A DNA stretch of 28,909 nt from a virus (taxonomy: Duplodnaviria; Caudoviricetes): positions 1-28,909 of IMG/VR virus record IMGVR_UViG_3300038318_000339; one strand, 5' to 3'. The translations under genes and the position numbers were made by a program. The notes under the pieces were generated by a model. That model had not been told where the DNA came from, did no database searches, and saw only the letters and a program-made list of their open reading frames with translations. Position 1 is the first letter of the stretch. Every line of letters begins with the position of its first letter. Shown piece after piece: positions 7,602 through 18,104 of this stretch.

Positions 7602-10600
7602 TTAGAAGAATGTAAGCTCTCTGTTTTTTCGAGCAACATCCTCATCGTAGGTTTTTTGAATATTTCCAAACTGGATAGTGACATACGTCTTCCCAGAATT
7701 AATCGCTCTCTTCACGACATACCCGTCTCCGTATTTTTTACTTACTACGTCTCCGCGTTTTTTTGTGTTACGGGCAGGCTGAGTCTCAACAGAGACAGGT
7801 AGCGACTTGTTTTTATCATCAAGCGGCAAGTTTGATTGCGGAATCTGCACAGTTATATTCCTATGAACCTGAATGTCAACGGCTGTATCCTCACTTCGTA
7901 TTTCATACGTTTTTTCGGGCAGGCCGTATACATTAACGCTTTGATGACCGGTTGAAAAAGTGTTTTCCTCAAGGAAATCGCTAGTTCCAAACATCAATTT
8001 TTCCAAGTCGTGCGAGTGCCATTCTGTAGCATGCTCATCTTTGGCAAGTCGTTCAACACGTTTGACCAGCCTTAGGTTCTCAACATTTTCAGTTTCATCG
8101 TCGGGCATAATAATAAACAGGTAATCTCGCGCCCGGCTTATAGAAACATTGATAATGTTCTTCTTATTGAGGAACATCTCCTTAGAAGAAGATATCGAAG
8201 GAGGAGCATTGAAGACGGCAATTATAATATCACATTCATCTCCCTGAAACCCGTGTATTGTGCCTACCTGAACACTGACAGATACAGGAAGGCTCGCCGA
8301 CGCCATCAGCTTGTCTATCAAATCTGCCTGAGCTCGATACGGCGCTATAATACCTATCGTAAAATTACGCTGTGTTCCTTCATTTGCCCTCGCAATATTT
8401 TCGGCAAGAAAGCTCGTGAACTCAAAGGAGAACAAGGCAGAGTAAATATGGTATGAGCTGCTATGCTGTAGCCTTTTTGAGCGGGTAATGCTCTCATATT
8501 TCGTTACCGGAAATTTCACGATATTCAAAGCGGATATATTTAACCCGCAGTCAACATTGAGTAGTTTGGCGCTGTCTGCCGTTCGATTATGCTTCAAAAT
8601 CCCGCCATAAGCAAATTTGCTGAATACGCTGCCAATTGCCGGGATGCTTCGATATTGTGTCGTAAGTAGTGTGACCGGGTATTTATACGGGACAGTAACA
8701 GGATCAACAAATGAGTCAAGCTGAACCATTGTGTATATGTTTTCGTTTTTCCACAGATCAATTGCTGTAATGGGTTCTATTTGAAATGGGTCTCCGGCAA
8801 TATAGAATTTTCTCGGAGTTTTCTTATACAAAGGATAAACGATATTTGCTATCGGAATCATTGAAGCCTCGTCCACCACAATGTAATCCCAGTTGATTGC
8901 ATTAAGGAAAATACGCGCGCCATTCGGCATAAAGAAATCATATGGGAATCTGGCGATCGTTGTGACTGTGATTGTCCGCTTCAGCTTACGAATATCGAAT
9001 GTTTTATCCCGGAACACCTCACTCGCTTCAATAGCTTCATCGTTAGTGATGCCAAATCGTACAAGCCAGTCAATATAGGAAGTATCGCTCCCCATGGTAT
9101 CCATTAGTCTGCTCACAAGAACATCAGCGGACTTATTTGTTGGCGTCAAGACGAGGACTTTTAAATCTTCTTGCTGCTGCATCATTGGAATCAGTATATT
9201 TCTTACAAGGTGCGTTGTTTTGCCTGTACCGGGAGGGCCAAATACAAACTCAATGTTTTCACAAAGGTTTTGCTGCATGTTATAGTCATCATCATAGCCC
9301 AAAGCTGCAAACTGCTTACGGAGTTCCTCCAATAAGAAGACCGGGCTTTTTGCGTCAATGCGTGCTTCAGTAACAGCAGAAAGATCAATGCCATCAATGT
9401 CTGCATTTGTCTTCAGCTTGACTCTGAGCGTATATGATTTTACGTTTGCGACCTCTATTGCAACGGTTTTCGTCTGATCTCCAAAGTGTAATACGAGAGG
9501 GATGTCAGCTAAATCCTCCATAAACTGAGGAATATAGCGACTCGGGTATTTCAACACAAGCGTTCGCTGCGTTCCAGATTCCCTTTCTACGCGGGCAAAA
9601 CTGATAGATACTTCTTTGCTGTTCAGATTGTTCGCGTTGCTGGTCAGCGTTTCCATTTCGAGCAGAGTATTAAACCAGCAGAAAGAGTATTTTTCAGCAT
9701 TTACAGCACGCTTCTGAAGGCCTTCAAAATAAGCAATCTTGTCTATTTCAATTGCACTCTTCTGCTTTGCCTGTTCAATCCTCTTGCTGTAATCTACCGG
9801 TCGAGGGGTATACTCATCTTCATCAATTTCCTCATCTGCGCGGTCTTCTGGCTCTGGTTGCACAATGTCATTGCGTGTCGGCTGTGGCTTCGTCCGCCTC
9901 GCAATATCCCTTATCACTTTTGATGAAGGCTTGCGATTGTAACCCTCATTCCCACTACCTGCGTCTTCACCGAAATCTTCCTCTTCACCTATGTCATCTT
10001 CGGAATCGGAGTCGTCGTTTGACACGGTTCCAGTGGGCGCTTGCGGTCCTTTTTGTTGACGTGCGGCATTTGCAGCTTCTCTCTGCTTCTTAATAAACGC
10101 AATCTCTTCCAAGTCGTCCTCGGTTAATCCGAGCGCTTCGGCTTTCTTAGCCAGTTCAATACGTTCTTTTTGTTTATCTGTCAGATTATCATAGTCATCG
10201 TCGTCGTCATCTGCGCCAGCTTCATTTGCGATTTGTAAAAAGTTAAATAGGCTTGAAGCACCCTCTGATGAGGTATCATATATGCTTGCAATTTCATCCC
10301 GTGTTATTTCGCTCGTGGATACGAAGTCACCGGCGGCATTTACAAGCCATTTTTCTGTTCTGAGAAGAACAACGTCCGCTGCCTCAAACGATTGAGTATA
10401 ACCGGAATAATAGTAGTAGCTACAGGAGCCTATTAAAAGATATGACAAACTGTGATACGTCTCACATATACCAACAAGGGCGCTCCACAGCAGTTTTGAT
10501 TTTTCGATACTTTTTGATTCCGTAATAGCCATTACCAATTCTTTACAACCGTCAATGGTTTTTTCACTCCATGAATGTCCGCGTGTGGATCGTGGCATGG

Positions 10601-12743
10601 GCAGGCCTCTCTGGACTGCTTCGGAATAATCGATAGTTCTCGTTACAATTGAGATACTTTTCTTTATACCAAGCTCAGTCAAAAATGATACGAGTTGCTT
10701 TTCATTCGATGTGCCGACCAAATCGAGATACTCATCGTATGCTACAAAGAGTGCGTCCTTTTTTGTTTCAAAATACTCCTTGAGTTCCGGCGACGGGAAA
10801 TACAGATCAGAGGCTTTTCCCCTGTATGGCTGGCTATCATCAGGCTCGTAATAAGTGACGAAATCGCAATCCTTTATGAGCTCAATAAAATCGTCAACTT
10901 CTTCCTGTGGGCACTGTTTATAGTATTTAAAGAAAAGCAGGAAGTGTGGATCCGTATCTATTTCAACGCCACTTTTATACTGCGGTAAAATGATATTGTA
11001 GATTTGATTCCTTATTGACGGCTTCTTGACTCCAATTTTCTCCAAAAATGCAACAGTTCCTTTATCGGTCAGAAGCTCCGAATAGACAGTAGTATATCCG
11101 CTTAAGTCTTTGTCTGGAAAAAACAGAATCAGATGCTCTGATGAATCAAGCGCTGATACAGCCTTCTTGTTTTGATCAAGAAACACCGGCATTTTCTTGA
11201 TGCTGTCAGTCCGTTTAGTCGTCTCAGAAAGCCATTTGTAGAACACGTGAAGCCATGTTATGGGCTGCTTTTCAATAAAGCCCGCACTAATTCCCTTGAT
11301 GGACTTTGTCCGTTTGCGATAAGAGGAATCCCAAACGGTACGACCGCTGATAATAACGTTTTCGTCTAGCCATGTATTGGTTATTTCATCGATATATGAA
11401 GCCAGCGCTTTATTTCCACGTTGAATCTCATCACGCCCCATGGAAACAAATACCCAATGCGCTTCAGGAATCTCGCAGATATCAGCAAGCTGCTCATCAG
11501 TAAACAATTCCGCTAATTGCGGGACTGCGGCCCAACAAGCAGTATCTTTTGCGCAGTACCCATACCGAGTTGGCAGTATGGATTCTGTTGTGAAGACATT
11601 CTTGATCTCGGTAAAGAACGGCATAAAGGAAATATGCCGCTTATCATTGACATCAGTAAAGCTGTCTTCGTCAGTGGGTATTATGGACAGAATAGAGTCA
11701 TCAATAAGCCTTGCTGACTTTTCTATACCTATGTCGCGAAGATACAGCAAGCTGTCGGATGCCAGCTTTGCCAACAGCGCAACCATATGATTGTTGTGAG
11801 CAACGCCTGCCCGTATTCCTTCACGGCTGTCTGTTAGCAGAAACGGTGCGTGTATCAGGAAATTAAGGCCGGTGTTTTCTTTGGTCGGGAAGAAGCAGAA
11901 TGCGGGTTCTTTCTTGGGCAGCAGTTTTTTGTCTTTGTCAAGGAAGAAACCAACGGAATACTTTCTCCCGGCTTCATCTTTGCGTGTGAACAGCCACAAA
12001 TACTGATCTACAATATCTTCGCCGCTGTTTTGCGTAAGCGTAATTAACTCCGCTGTGGATTCGCCAATCTGCCTTGTTTCTGGTATGCTTTTACCATATA
12101 GACCGATAACATCTTCAAATTCAAAATCGATGTCGCGCAGGCTGCTCAGAAAGAGAAGTGGGTAAGAGAGTGATCTCAGTTTCTCTGCTATATCGCTGTA
12201 TGCCTCTTTTTGACCGCGTTCGGCATGGTCAAAAGGGAAAACGAACAGTGTTTCATTTGCTCTGCGCCCTTCAAAATCCTCTTCAATAAAAGTGGGAACA
12301 ATGAAGCGGTCAATGCGAAAATGGACATTGGGATCATAGATATAAGGCGTCGATGTATACTGAAAAACGGCCTTAAATCCAACACCAAATTTGCCAATAG
12401 ATGCCGCCGTTTTGTTGGAGTTGGCGATTGAAGTAATTGAGTTAATATCCCCAAGCCTACCAGCGGCAGAGTCTTCATCTTCGTGTGAAGGGTCTGTTAC
12501 GGAAAAATGCCGGGTGCCGTTGTGTATAAAGATTAGTCTGTCCGGTTCAAGAATGAAATGCGCATTTGTAGCGCCAGCGTCGTCGGCGTTTTGAAGAAGC
12601 TCATATATAAAATGAGCTTGGTCCGAGTACTTTTCAACAACGCTATTCTTTATACCTCTCATTGAGGGCTTTTCAAGGGTGTCGGCGCTTTCGGCACGGT
12701 CTGCTGTGAGCGCAGCAAAGAATTGCTTCTCTTGCTCAGTCAT
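7602..12743 (-). CDS. Sacsin-like GHKL ATPase fused to UPF1/DNA2-like SF1 helicase (~1713 aa)
   Basis: Bergerat-fold motifs ELLQNADDAGA, HNG and IGKFGVGFKAVF. Helicase motifs GPPGTGKT, VVDEASM, GDPFQIEP, TQYRS, TIHGFQGDE and NVSISRAR. An alternative TTG start is at 12758. Confidence 0.85.
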   Translation of the reverse strand: MTEQEKQFFAALTADRAESADTLEKPSMRGIKNSVVEKYSDQAHFIYELLQNADDAGATNAHFILEPDRLIFIHNGTRHFSVTDPSHEDEDSAAGRLGDINSITSIANSNKTAASIGKFGVGFKAVFQYTSTPYIYDPNVHFRIDRFIVPTFIEEDFEGRRANETLFVFPFDHAERGQKEAYSDIAEKLRSLSYPLLFLSSLRDIDFEFEDVIGLYGKSIPETRQIGESTAELITLTQNSGEDIVDQYLWLFTRKDEAGRKYSVGFFLDKDKKLLPKKEPAFCFFPTKENTGLNFLIHAPFLLTDSREGIRAGVAHNNHMVALLAKLASDSLLYLRDIGIEKSARLIDDSILSIIPTDEDSFTDVNDKRHISFMPFFTEIKNVFTTESILPTRYGYCAKDTACWAAVPQLAELFTDEQLADICEIPEAHWVFVSMGRDEIQRGNKALASYIDEITNTWLDENVIISGRTVWDSSYRKRTKSIKGISAGFIEKQPITWLHVFYKWLSETTKRTDSIKKMPVFLDQNKKAVSALDSSEHLILFFPDKDLSGYTTVYSELLTDKGTVAFLEKIGVKKPSIRNQIYNIILPQYKSGVEIDTDPHFLLFFKYYKQCPQEEVDDFIELIKDCDFVTYYEPDDSQPYRGKASDLYFPSPELKEYFETKKDALFVAYDEYLDLVGTSNEKQLVSFLTELGIKKSISIVTRTIDYSEAVQRGLPMPRSTRGHSWSEKTIDGCKELVMAITESKSIEKSKLLWSALVGICETYHSLSYLLIGSCSYYYYSGYTQSFEAADVVLLRTEKWLVNAAGDFVSTSEITRDEIASIYDTSSEGASSLFNFLQIANEAGADDDDDDYDNLTDKQKERIELAKKAEALGLTEDDLEEIAFIKKQREAANAARQQKGPQAPTGTVSNDDSDSEDDIGEEEDFGEDAGSGNEGYNRKPSSKVIRDIARRTKPQPTRNDIVQPEPEDRADEEIDEDEYTPRPVDYSKRIEQAKQKSAIEIDKIAYFEGLQKRAVNAEKYSFCWFNTLLEMETLTSNANNLNSKEVSISFARVERESGTQRTLVLKYPSRYIPQFMEDLADIPLVLHFGDQTKTVAIEVANVKSYTLRVKLKTNADIDGIDLSAVTEARIDAKSPVFLLEELRKQFAALGYDDDYNMQQNLCENIEFVFGPPGTGKTTHLVRNILIPMMQQQEDLKVLVLTPTNKSADVLVSRLMDTMGSDTSYIDWLVRFGITNDEAIEASEVFRDKTFDIRKLKRTITVTTIARFPYDFFMPNGARIFLNAINWDYIVVDEASMIPIANIVYPLYKKTPRKFYIAGDPFQIEPITAIDLWKNENIYTMVQLDSFVDPVTVPYKYPVTLLTTQYRSIPAIGSVFSKFAYGGILKHNRTADSAKLLNVDCGLNISALNIVKFPVTKYESITRSKRLQHSSSYHIYSALFSFEFTSFLAENIARANEGTQRNFTIGIIAPYRAQADLIDKLMASASLPVSVSVQVGTIHGFQGDECDIIIAVFNAPPSISSSKEMFLNKKNIINVSISRARDYLFIIMPDDETENVENLRLVKRVERLAKDEHATEWHSHDLEKLMFGTSDFLEENTFSTGHQSVNVYGLPEKTYEIRSEDTAVDIQVHRNITVQIPQSNLPLDDKNKSLPVSVETQPARNTKKRGDVVSKKYGDGYVVKRAINSGKTYVTIQFGNIQKTYDEDVARKNRELTFF

Positions 12744-12788
12744 CTTGTCATTCCCCAACCTTTCGACAGCATATATTTTTACAGCAAC

Positions 12789-15578
12789 CTACATACAGAA
12801 ACCATCTGTATCAAAGATATGCGTAAGCTCATCGTCATTTATGGCTTGCTTTACCTTATCCCGTACTGCGGTCTTTGACATGTCAAGCCGCTTGAATTTT
12901 CCATCTGAAGCCATACGGATAAGTTGAATCCGCCCAACGACCGGGTTATTCCGGGCATATTCGGCAAAACCTTTCGCTTTTCCGAGATTGTCTGTCCGTG
13001 TTTGGTCGTGAGGCTCAAGGATATCAATGATATATCCGCCGTGTGCATCCTTACGAATGACAAGGAAATCCGGGTATGCGGGTTTATATACTCCGTCTTT
13101 CTCATACGGAATACTCAGCGACCAGGGCTTTCTCGGTGGATTACGAAGCCAGCATACGAAGTCAGACCGCGCTGCTTCTTCATCAAGCACACCTTGCTCC
13201 CAGTTGTTGAGAGCAATTCTGGCCACTCCGGAATTGTCCACGAACAGATGGTTGGAATAAACCCTGCCATTCGCACTGTGCTCGCAGTTTATGGTTTCGG
13301 GAAGCATAAAAATGTGCGCACTGACGAGATCGCCGTCGGAAACGATATCATTGTATTTCTTTTTGTACTTTACTGGCAGGTTGATTGTCTGGCGCCGATA
13401 CCTGTCGTTCATCACGTGGAAACGGTCTTTAGCAAAAGTATTCAGCGCAGCGATGCAGTTGCTGTCCGCAGCGTAAATAATAATATCGATTTTGAAGCCG
13501 TTCGGATTGTCCTCAGTCTGATACTCACGACCGTATTTCACACCTATTCCTTCGTTACCGAGCTTGGTATCGGCGAGTCTAAACTGCCTGTCCAGGTCGG
13601 TATCCGTGGCGGAGAGAAAATCGTGAACGGCGTTATTGTCTACGCTTTCGCCGAACACGTCAAAAACCTGCGTATTCAGCTTGAACTGCAGCACCTTTGT
13701 TGCAAGCTCAGAATACTTACCGCTAGATTTGAGTGATTCTATATAATCGTGAACCATTCGCACGATGTCATCACAGACTTCATCATAGGCGTTTTGATAA
13801 ATCAACGATTGACTAAACAAGTGTGAAAGTGCGAACAAAGAGTGCAGATAATTATTGATGCGCACACTTCTCACTTCGTATGTAAGCAAACCTGCGTCGT
13901 TGATTGCTTTCATCACTTCTTCTCGGTCAAAGTCTGCGGTAATCTCTTCTGCCGTACTTGATACATCGGAGTCATTTGGCGTTTCCTCAATAGGCGCAGG
14001 ATACTCTTGCACTGTTTGGACATTCTGACCGCTGGGTGTCTGGGCATAGGCCGATGAGGCAGTTGCACCGATTGCATCACTGGGAGCAGTTTCACCCATA
14101 TTGTCGGATTCCGGCTGAGCAATATCATCTAAGCTAAGCTGCCCCGGTGTTATGACTTCATGGCGCGGCGCAGCAGCCCTTGGCGTAGTCTGCTTCGGTC
14201 GTACAGTGAGAGTATCAAAAGTTTTCTCGCCGAACGCTTCACCATATACATCGGTTGGGATGTTACCGCCTTCGGTGCTTTGCAGGGCTTCGGCTACGTC
14301 CTTAACGGTTTCTGCATTGAAGTATGGTAAGAACAGATGAACGTCATTCAAAACATCATCTACCATAATGTGCATCTGCATCGGAGTACGCACCATGCGT
14401 CCGAGGAGCTGCGCGATATAAGTGGCATCATTGGCATGACGGAAGGACATCATCGTCTCGGCGCGTGGGCAGTCCCAACCTGTGGATAGATTCTCCTTGA
14501 AGAAAACAACTTTTATCTTACGGTCATCAGCGATGCGGGAGGGCTCACAATAGTTGACTTCTATTCCATTGATAACAAGAGTGCCGTTGGTTTGGCCGAA
14601 GGTATGGACAACCTCGCCGGGTTGAAAACGTTCACCGGTGCGCTCTTCTATTTTTTGCAGGCAATCGTCTAAATCTGTAGCAGAAAGCTGACTTCCGCTG
14701 CCGTTTTGAACCTGAATGACGAAAACGGGATTCACATACGCATAATGCTGCTCATAGCAATACTGCGTCCAATGCTCCCATTTCTGTTTCCAATCGTCCG
14801 CAGCGGCTTGAAGAACCGCCATATCATTATTAATGGTATCCGGATATGTGATGATGATCCTGTCTTTGAGAAGACCGGAAGCGCGGACTTCATCCGCTGT
14901 CGTCACAAAAAAATGCGTAGTAGACATGATGCCGGAGGCGAGATTGTTGAAGCGTTCCGGAGTAGCTGTCATTCCAATTACAACAGGCATAGCTGGCAAA
15001 CCATCATCTGGGCTGCCTTTAAGAAATTTCTGCATAATGGTGGTGGCTTTGGCTGCGTCTCGGCCTTGCATACCGCGATGGGCTTCATCTATGATGAAGT
15101 AAAGCCTGTCCGATTTTTCACGAACGGTATTGGCAAGCGTTTCCCAAATGGTGTATGTCCTACCGTCACCATGCTTTGTCAGATTACTGCTTTTGCCGAG
15201 CTTCTGTGTATTCAAAAAATAGATGTTCCCATCATCGAGCATTTCCTGATCGAAGGAGTCATCGGTTATAATCTTGCATTGGTCGAGTGTGATTTTATCG
15301 GCTTTTAGGTCAATTTTATCCTTAGACTGCTGATTCAACTCCGGTGAGTCTGAGAGCCATACAAAGATAGCGTCAAGCTGATCCGGATATGTATCATCAC
15401 CAAATAAGATGCTCTCAATCAACGAGGACATGACGATGGTCTTGCCAGCACCTGTGGGGGCTGTATAGGAAACGATCTGCGGGGTATGAGTACGGCGATA
15501 ACTGCCGAGCGCTTCGGCGGTATTCAGACGCAGGTTTGTAAGCGCCTGCTTTTGAAACGGGAATAATTCAACCTTCAT
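12789..15578 (-). CDS. res: Type III restriction enzyme Res subunit (SF2 helicase plus C-terminal nuclease)
   Basis: APTGAGKT, IIDEAH, MTATP, GWDCPRA, QLLGRMVR and C-terminal YPDF...ILEPH. It sits 5 nt downstream of mod. Confidence 0.85.
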   Translation of the reverse strand: MKVELFPFQKQALTNLRLNTAEALGSYRRTHTPQIVSYTAPTGAGKTIVMSSLIESILFGDDTYPDQLDAIFVWLSDSPELNQQSKDKIDLKADKITLDQCKIITDDSFDQEMLDDGNIYFLNTQKLGKSSNLTKHGDGRTYTIWETLANTVREKSDRLYFIIDEAHRGMQGRDAAKATTIMQKFLKGSPDDGLPAMPVVIGMTATPERFNNLASGIMSTTHFFVTTADEVRASGLLKDRIIITYPDTINNDMAVLQAAADDWKQKWEHWTQYCYEQHYAYVNPVFVIQVQNGSGSQLSATDLDDCLQKIEERTGERFQPGEVVHTFGQTNGTLVINGIEVNYCEPSRIADDRKIKVVFFKENLSTGWDCPRAETMMSFRHANDATYIAQLLGRMVRTPMQMHIMVDDVLNDVHLFLPYFNAETVKDVAEALQSTEGGNIPTDVYGEAFGEKTFDTLTVRPKQTTPRAAAPRHEVITPGQLSLDDIAQPESDNMGETAPSDAIGATASSAYAQTPSGQNVQTVQEYPAPIEETPNDSDVSSTAEEITADFDREEVMKAINDAGLLTYEVRSVRINNYLHSLFALSHLFSQSLIYQNAYDEVCDDIVRMVHDYIESLKSSGKYSELATKVLQFKLNTQVFDVFGESVDNNAVHDFLSATDTDLDRQFRLADTKLGNEGIGVKYGREYQTEDNPNGFKIDIIIYAADSNCIAALNTFAKDRFHVMNDRYRRQTINLPVKYKKKYNDIVSDGDLVSAHIFMLPETINCEHSANGRVYSNHLFVDNSGVARIALNNWEQGVLDEEAARSDFVCWLRNPPRKPWSLSIPYEKDGVYKPAYPDFLVIRKDAHGGYIIDILEPHDQTRTDNLGKAKGFAEYARNNPVVGRIQLIRMASDGKFKRLDMSKTAVRDKVKQAINDDELTHIFDTDGFCM

Positions 15579-15583
15579 CTTTC

Positions 15584-17680
15584 TTACCTCCTTGCGTTGA
15601 TGCGGAAATTATCAAGATAGCTGCGATACAGCTGATATGTATGCTTGGCGCGAAGACCGGATATCATCTCGCGGTACGCCTTTTCCGAGTCTGTCACAAT
15701 GAACACCGTATCAATTTCCGGATGCGCGTTGAGCTGTTCGTCGAAAGCCATGAAGCTGCTTTCGCTTATCAAAACTGCAAACTTGTTCTCCGGAAGTATC
15801 AGCATATCTGGAACTTCGCTACACAGCTCCGGGCGTTTGCCTATGGCACCTGCTTTCAGCCACAACAGTGGGAGAATCTCTTTGAACTGCCTGCCCAATG
15901 CGACATCGTCTTTATCGAGAAAGCCCAGCTTGAAGTATTCACAGTTTGCCTTAAATCCCTGCGACATCGGAATGGGGTTTCCATCTGCGTCGTTGACAAG
16001 GTAATCTCCCTTGAGAGGAACTCCATTTATATCGTGCCCTTCGATGCTGCAAACGGTACGTGGCCACGTAATATATCTGGCGATGCCAAGTTTCTCCCAT
16101 TCTGGATCGCCGGGTTGATAGCCCCGCGCAGTAAGCGTTTTCTCTTCATCAGCTGAAACTTCGTTGTTTGTCACCATGATGCAGCGGCGGTGTCCGCCGT
16201 CTTCTGCATTCAAGAGATTTACTGCATGAAGAGTTGTTCCGGAACCAGCAAAGAAATCAACAATGAGCGCGTTGGGCTTTTTTGCGGTAACGAACCGCAG
16301 GGTGTCTTGTACTGCATATAGAGATTTTGGAAAGGCAAACCGCTTCGTTTTAAAGATTGTCAACAAAAGACTTGATCCAAAATCTCCGGCACCATGAGAC
16401 GGTTGATTCCAAATAGAAAGCGGGATCACAGGTTTATAAGATCGTCCAGTAATTAATGTCCCGTTCTCATCTTTTCCCAGCACCTCAAGTTCACCTTTGA
16501 GAAGAGCCTTTTCCATTCCTTCTGACAGATAGCTAATTGTTCGGGTCGTTTCTCCAAAATTCCAAGGGCCAAACTTGACATATCCTTTTCCCATTTTATC
16601 CTTCAAAGTGTCTTGCGACAAGGTCCACCGAGCTTCTTCGCCGTTTGCTTTGATTGGCCATACTGCAAAACAGTTATCAGGTATACTCACCAAGTCTCTA
16701 TCTTGGTCAATTGGGATGGAATTACCTGTGTCTACAAAGGCTCCCGTTTGTTTATCAAAAAATATCGGATAGAATAATTTGGGGCGCGCATCTCTGGAGC
16801 TGTTACTGCCGCTTCGGAGGAGACTCGCCCACCTAACTTGCAAATCTTCTTTTGCTGGATGAATCATATCGGTATTCCAAGGATACACACACGCTTGTCC
16901 GACAAATACAAAAAAGATGTATTCTTCGGCGCGGCTGAAAATATTTTTACGCGCCGAACCAGATGGATTAATCACAGATGAGATCATCTGAATACTTGCT
17001 TCTGGAAACATCTCTTCCAACAAACATCCAAGATGCAAATACTCTTTTTCATCGATGGTCACAATCAGCACAGAATTATTCGGATTCAATATCCGCTTGG
17101 CTATCTTCAGCCGCTTCTCCATCATGGAGAGCCACTTGCTGTGGCGGTAGCTGTCTGAGGAATCAACGTAATCGTTATTGTACTTCCAGTCGCGGGCTCC
17201 AGTGTTATAGGGGGGATCTATATAAATACAATCTACCTGCTTTGGATACAGGTACTCTAATAGCTGAAGCGCATGATAGTTGTCCGCTTCGATGAGCGTA
17301 TGCCACAGGTCGCTGTCCGGCGCGTTTTCCACTTTATCTATCGGCTGCAGAGTGGGATAAATTGGCTCGCCGAATTTTGCCACAGGCACCAGTTCAGAAA
17401 GCGCTATGGTTTCCTTTTCACCGGAGGCAAGGCGCAGACATTCAGCCTTATCACTGTTAATCTTGATAACACGGTACACATCATTGATGGCTCCGGCTTT
17501 CTTCGCCACAGTGCTGCCGCGCTTTATTTCGATGCCGTAAAGAGGAGTACATTCCGGAATGTGCTCCTCAAAAACGAGGCCGAATTTTTTTTGCTTTGTC
17601 AAACGAGCTGCTTCCTGCATGAGTCGTTCACGCAGGGTCTTGTCCTCTACCTGATTAATCAAGTCATTTAATGCAGCCAT
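15584..17680 (-). CDS. mod: Type III RM Mod subunit, beta-class amino-methyltransferase
   Basis: Catalytic IYIDPPYNTG precedes the SAM-binding DFFAGSGTT, with a target-recognition region between them. Also HSKWLSMM and FPKS. Confidence 0.9.
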   Translation of the reverse strand: MAALNDLINQVEDKTLRERLMQEAARLTKQKKFGLVFEEHIPECTPLYGIEIKRGSTVAKKAGAINDVYRVIKINSDKAECLRLASGEKETIALSELVPVAKFGEPIYPTLQPIDKVENAPDSDLWHTLIEADNYHALQLLEYLYPKQVDCIYIDPPYNTGARDWKYNNDYVDSSDSYRHSKWLSMMEKRLKIAKRILNPNNSVLIVTIDEKEYLHLGCLLEEMFPEASIQMISSVINPSGSARKNIFSRAEEYIFFVFVGQACVYPWNTDMIHPAKEDLQVRWASLLRSGSNSSRDARPKLFYPIFFDKQTGAFVDTGNSIPIDQDRDLVSIPDNCFAVWPIKANGEEARWTLSQDTLKDKMGKGYVKFGPWNFGETTRTISYLSEGMEKALLKGELEVLGKDENGTLITGRSYKPVIPLSIWNQPSHGAGDFGSSLLLTIFKTKRFAFPKSLYAVQDTLRFVTAKKPNALIVDFFAGSGTTLHAVNLLNAEDGGHRRCIMVTNNEVSADEEKTLTARGYQPGDPEWEKLGIARYITWPRTVCSIEGHDINGVPLKGDYLVNDADGNPIPMSQGFKANCEYFKLGFLDKDDVALGRQFKEILPLLWLKAGAIGKRPELCSEVPDMLILPENKFAVLISESSFMAFDEQLNAHPEIDTVFIVTDSEKAYREMISGLRAKHTYQLYRSYLDNFRINARR

Positions 17681-17764
17681 AATCTAACTCCTATCTATAA
17701 AATGTTGCAGTGGTTATACTGCCACACCATAATTCTACTTCAAAGCGTGTCCGATAAAACGGGC

Positions 17765-17977
17765 TCACTTCGTGTCGGCAGGGTCGGAATTATCCGCCGC
17801 GCCGCCGGAACGTATCCATTCATCCACTTCGGACAGCTTAAATTTCCACAGCCTGCCTACCTTGTAGGCAGGCATATTTCTTTTCGCGATCCATTGCAGA
17901 ATGGTTTCTCGCCCAACACCGAGATACTCTTGCACTTCCTTGAGGGTGGACCATTTTTCAATGTTAGTCTCGCTCAC
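17765..17977 (-). CDS. Excisionase-like (HTH_17) DNA-binding protein, putative RM controller (70 aa)
   Basis: WSTLKEVQEYLGVGRETILQWI...PAYKVGRLWKFKLSEVDEWI. GGAGG lies 8 nt before the GTG at 17977. Confidence 0.85.
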   Translation of the reverse strand: MSETNIEKWSTLKEVQEYLGVGRETILQWIAKRNMPAYKVGRLWKFKLSEVDEWIRSGGAADNSDPADTK

Positions 17978-18075
17978 GCTATTGACCTCCATATTCTGTT
18001 CCGCAGTGCCGCAGGGTCTTATACCTGCGGCTTTTCTCTATCTGCGTGAGTGCCATATACACTTTCACATCAAAT

Positions 18076-18104
18076 ATTATATCACAAAGATGACCTAAAA
18101 TCAA
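18076..18104 (-). promoter_or_regulatory. SigA-type promoter for the HTH-mod-res-helicase operon
   Basis: The minus strand reads TTGATT-N17-TATAAT with an extended -10 (TGnTATAAT). Confidence 0.7.

Larger units (their letters stand above)
230..17977 (-). other. Defence-island cargo
   Basis: Type III RM, GHKL-helicase, RloC-like ATPase, Gabija-like remnant and uncharacterised operons, nearly all antisense to the phage genes. Confidence 0.75.

Noticed and set aside
10190-10212. (TCG/TCA)n trinucleotide run
   Set aside because: It simply encodes a poly-Asp linker in the GHKL-helicase.
13000-13080. Res nuclease motif PD...EPH instead of PD...ExK as a sign of inactivation
   Set aside because: A nearby Lys (NLGKAK) could substitute and the gene is otherwise intact. 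This cannot be called from sequence alone.
12924-13736. 270-aa + strand ORF (and similar long ORFs at 20748-21710, 23104-23994, 24496-25179)
   Set aside because: They are entirely antisense to well-supported genes and show no recognisable motifs, so they are shadow ORFs.
17585-17592. A8 tract near the 5' end of mod as a phase-variation switch
   Set aside because: It is short, in frame and explained by Gln-Lys-Lys codons. No SSR of the kind seen in phase-variable mod genes is present.
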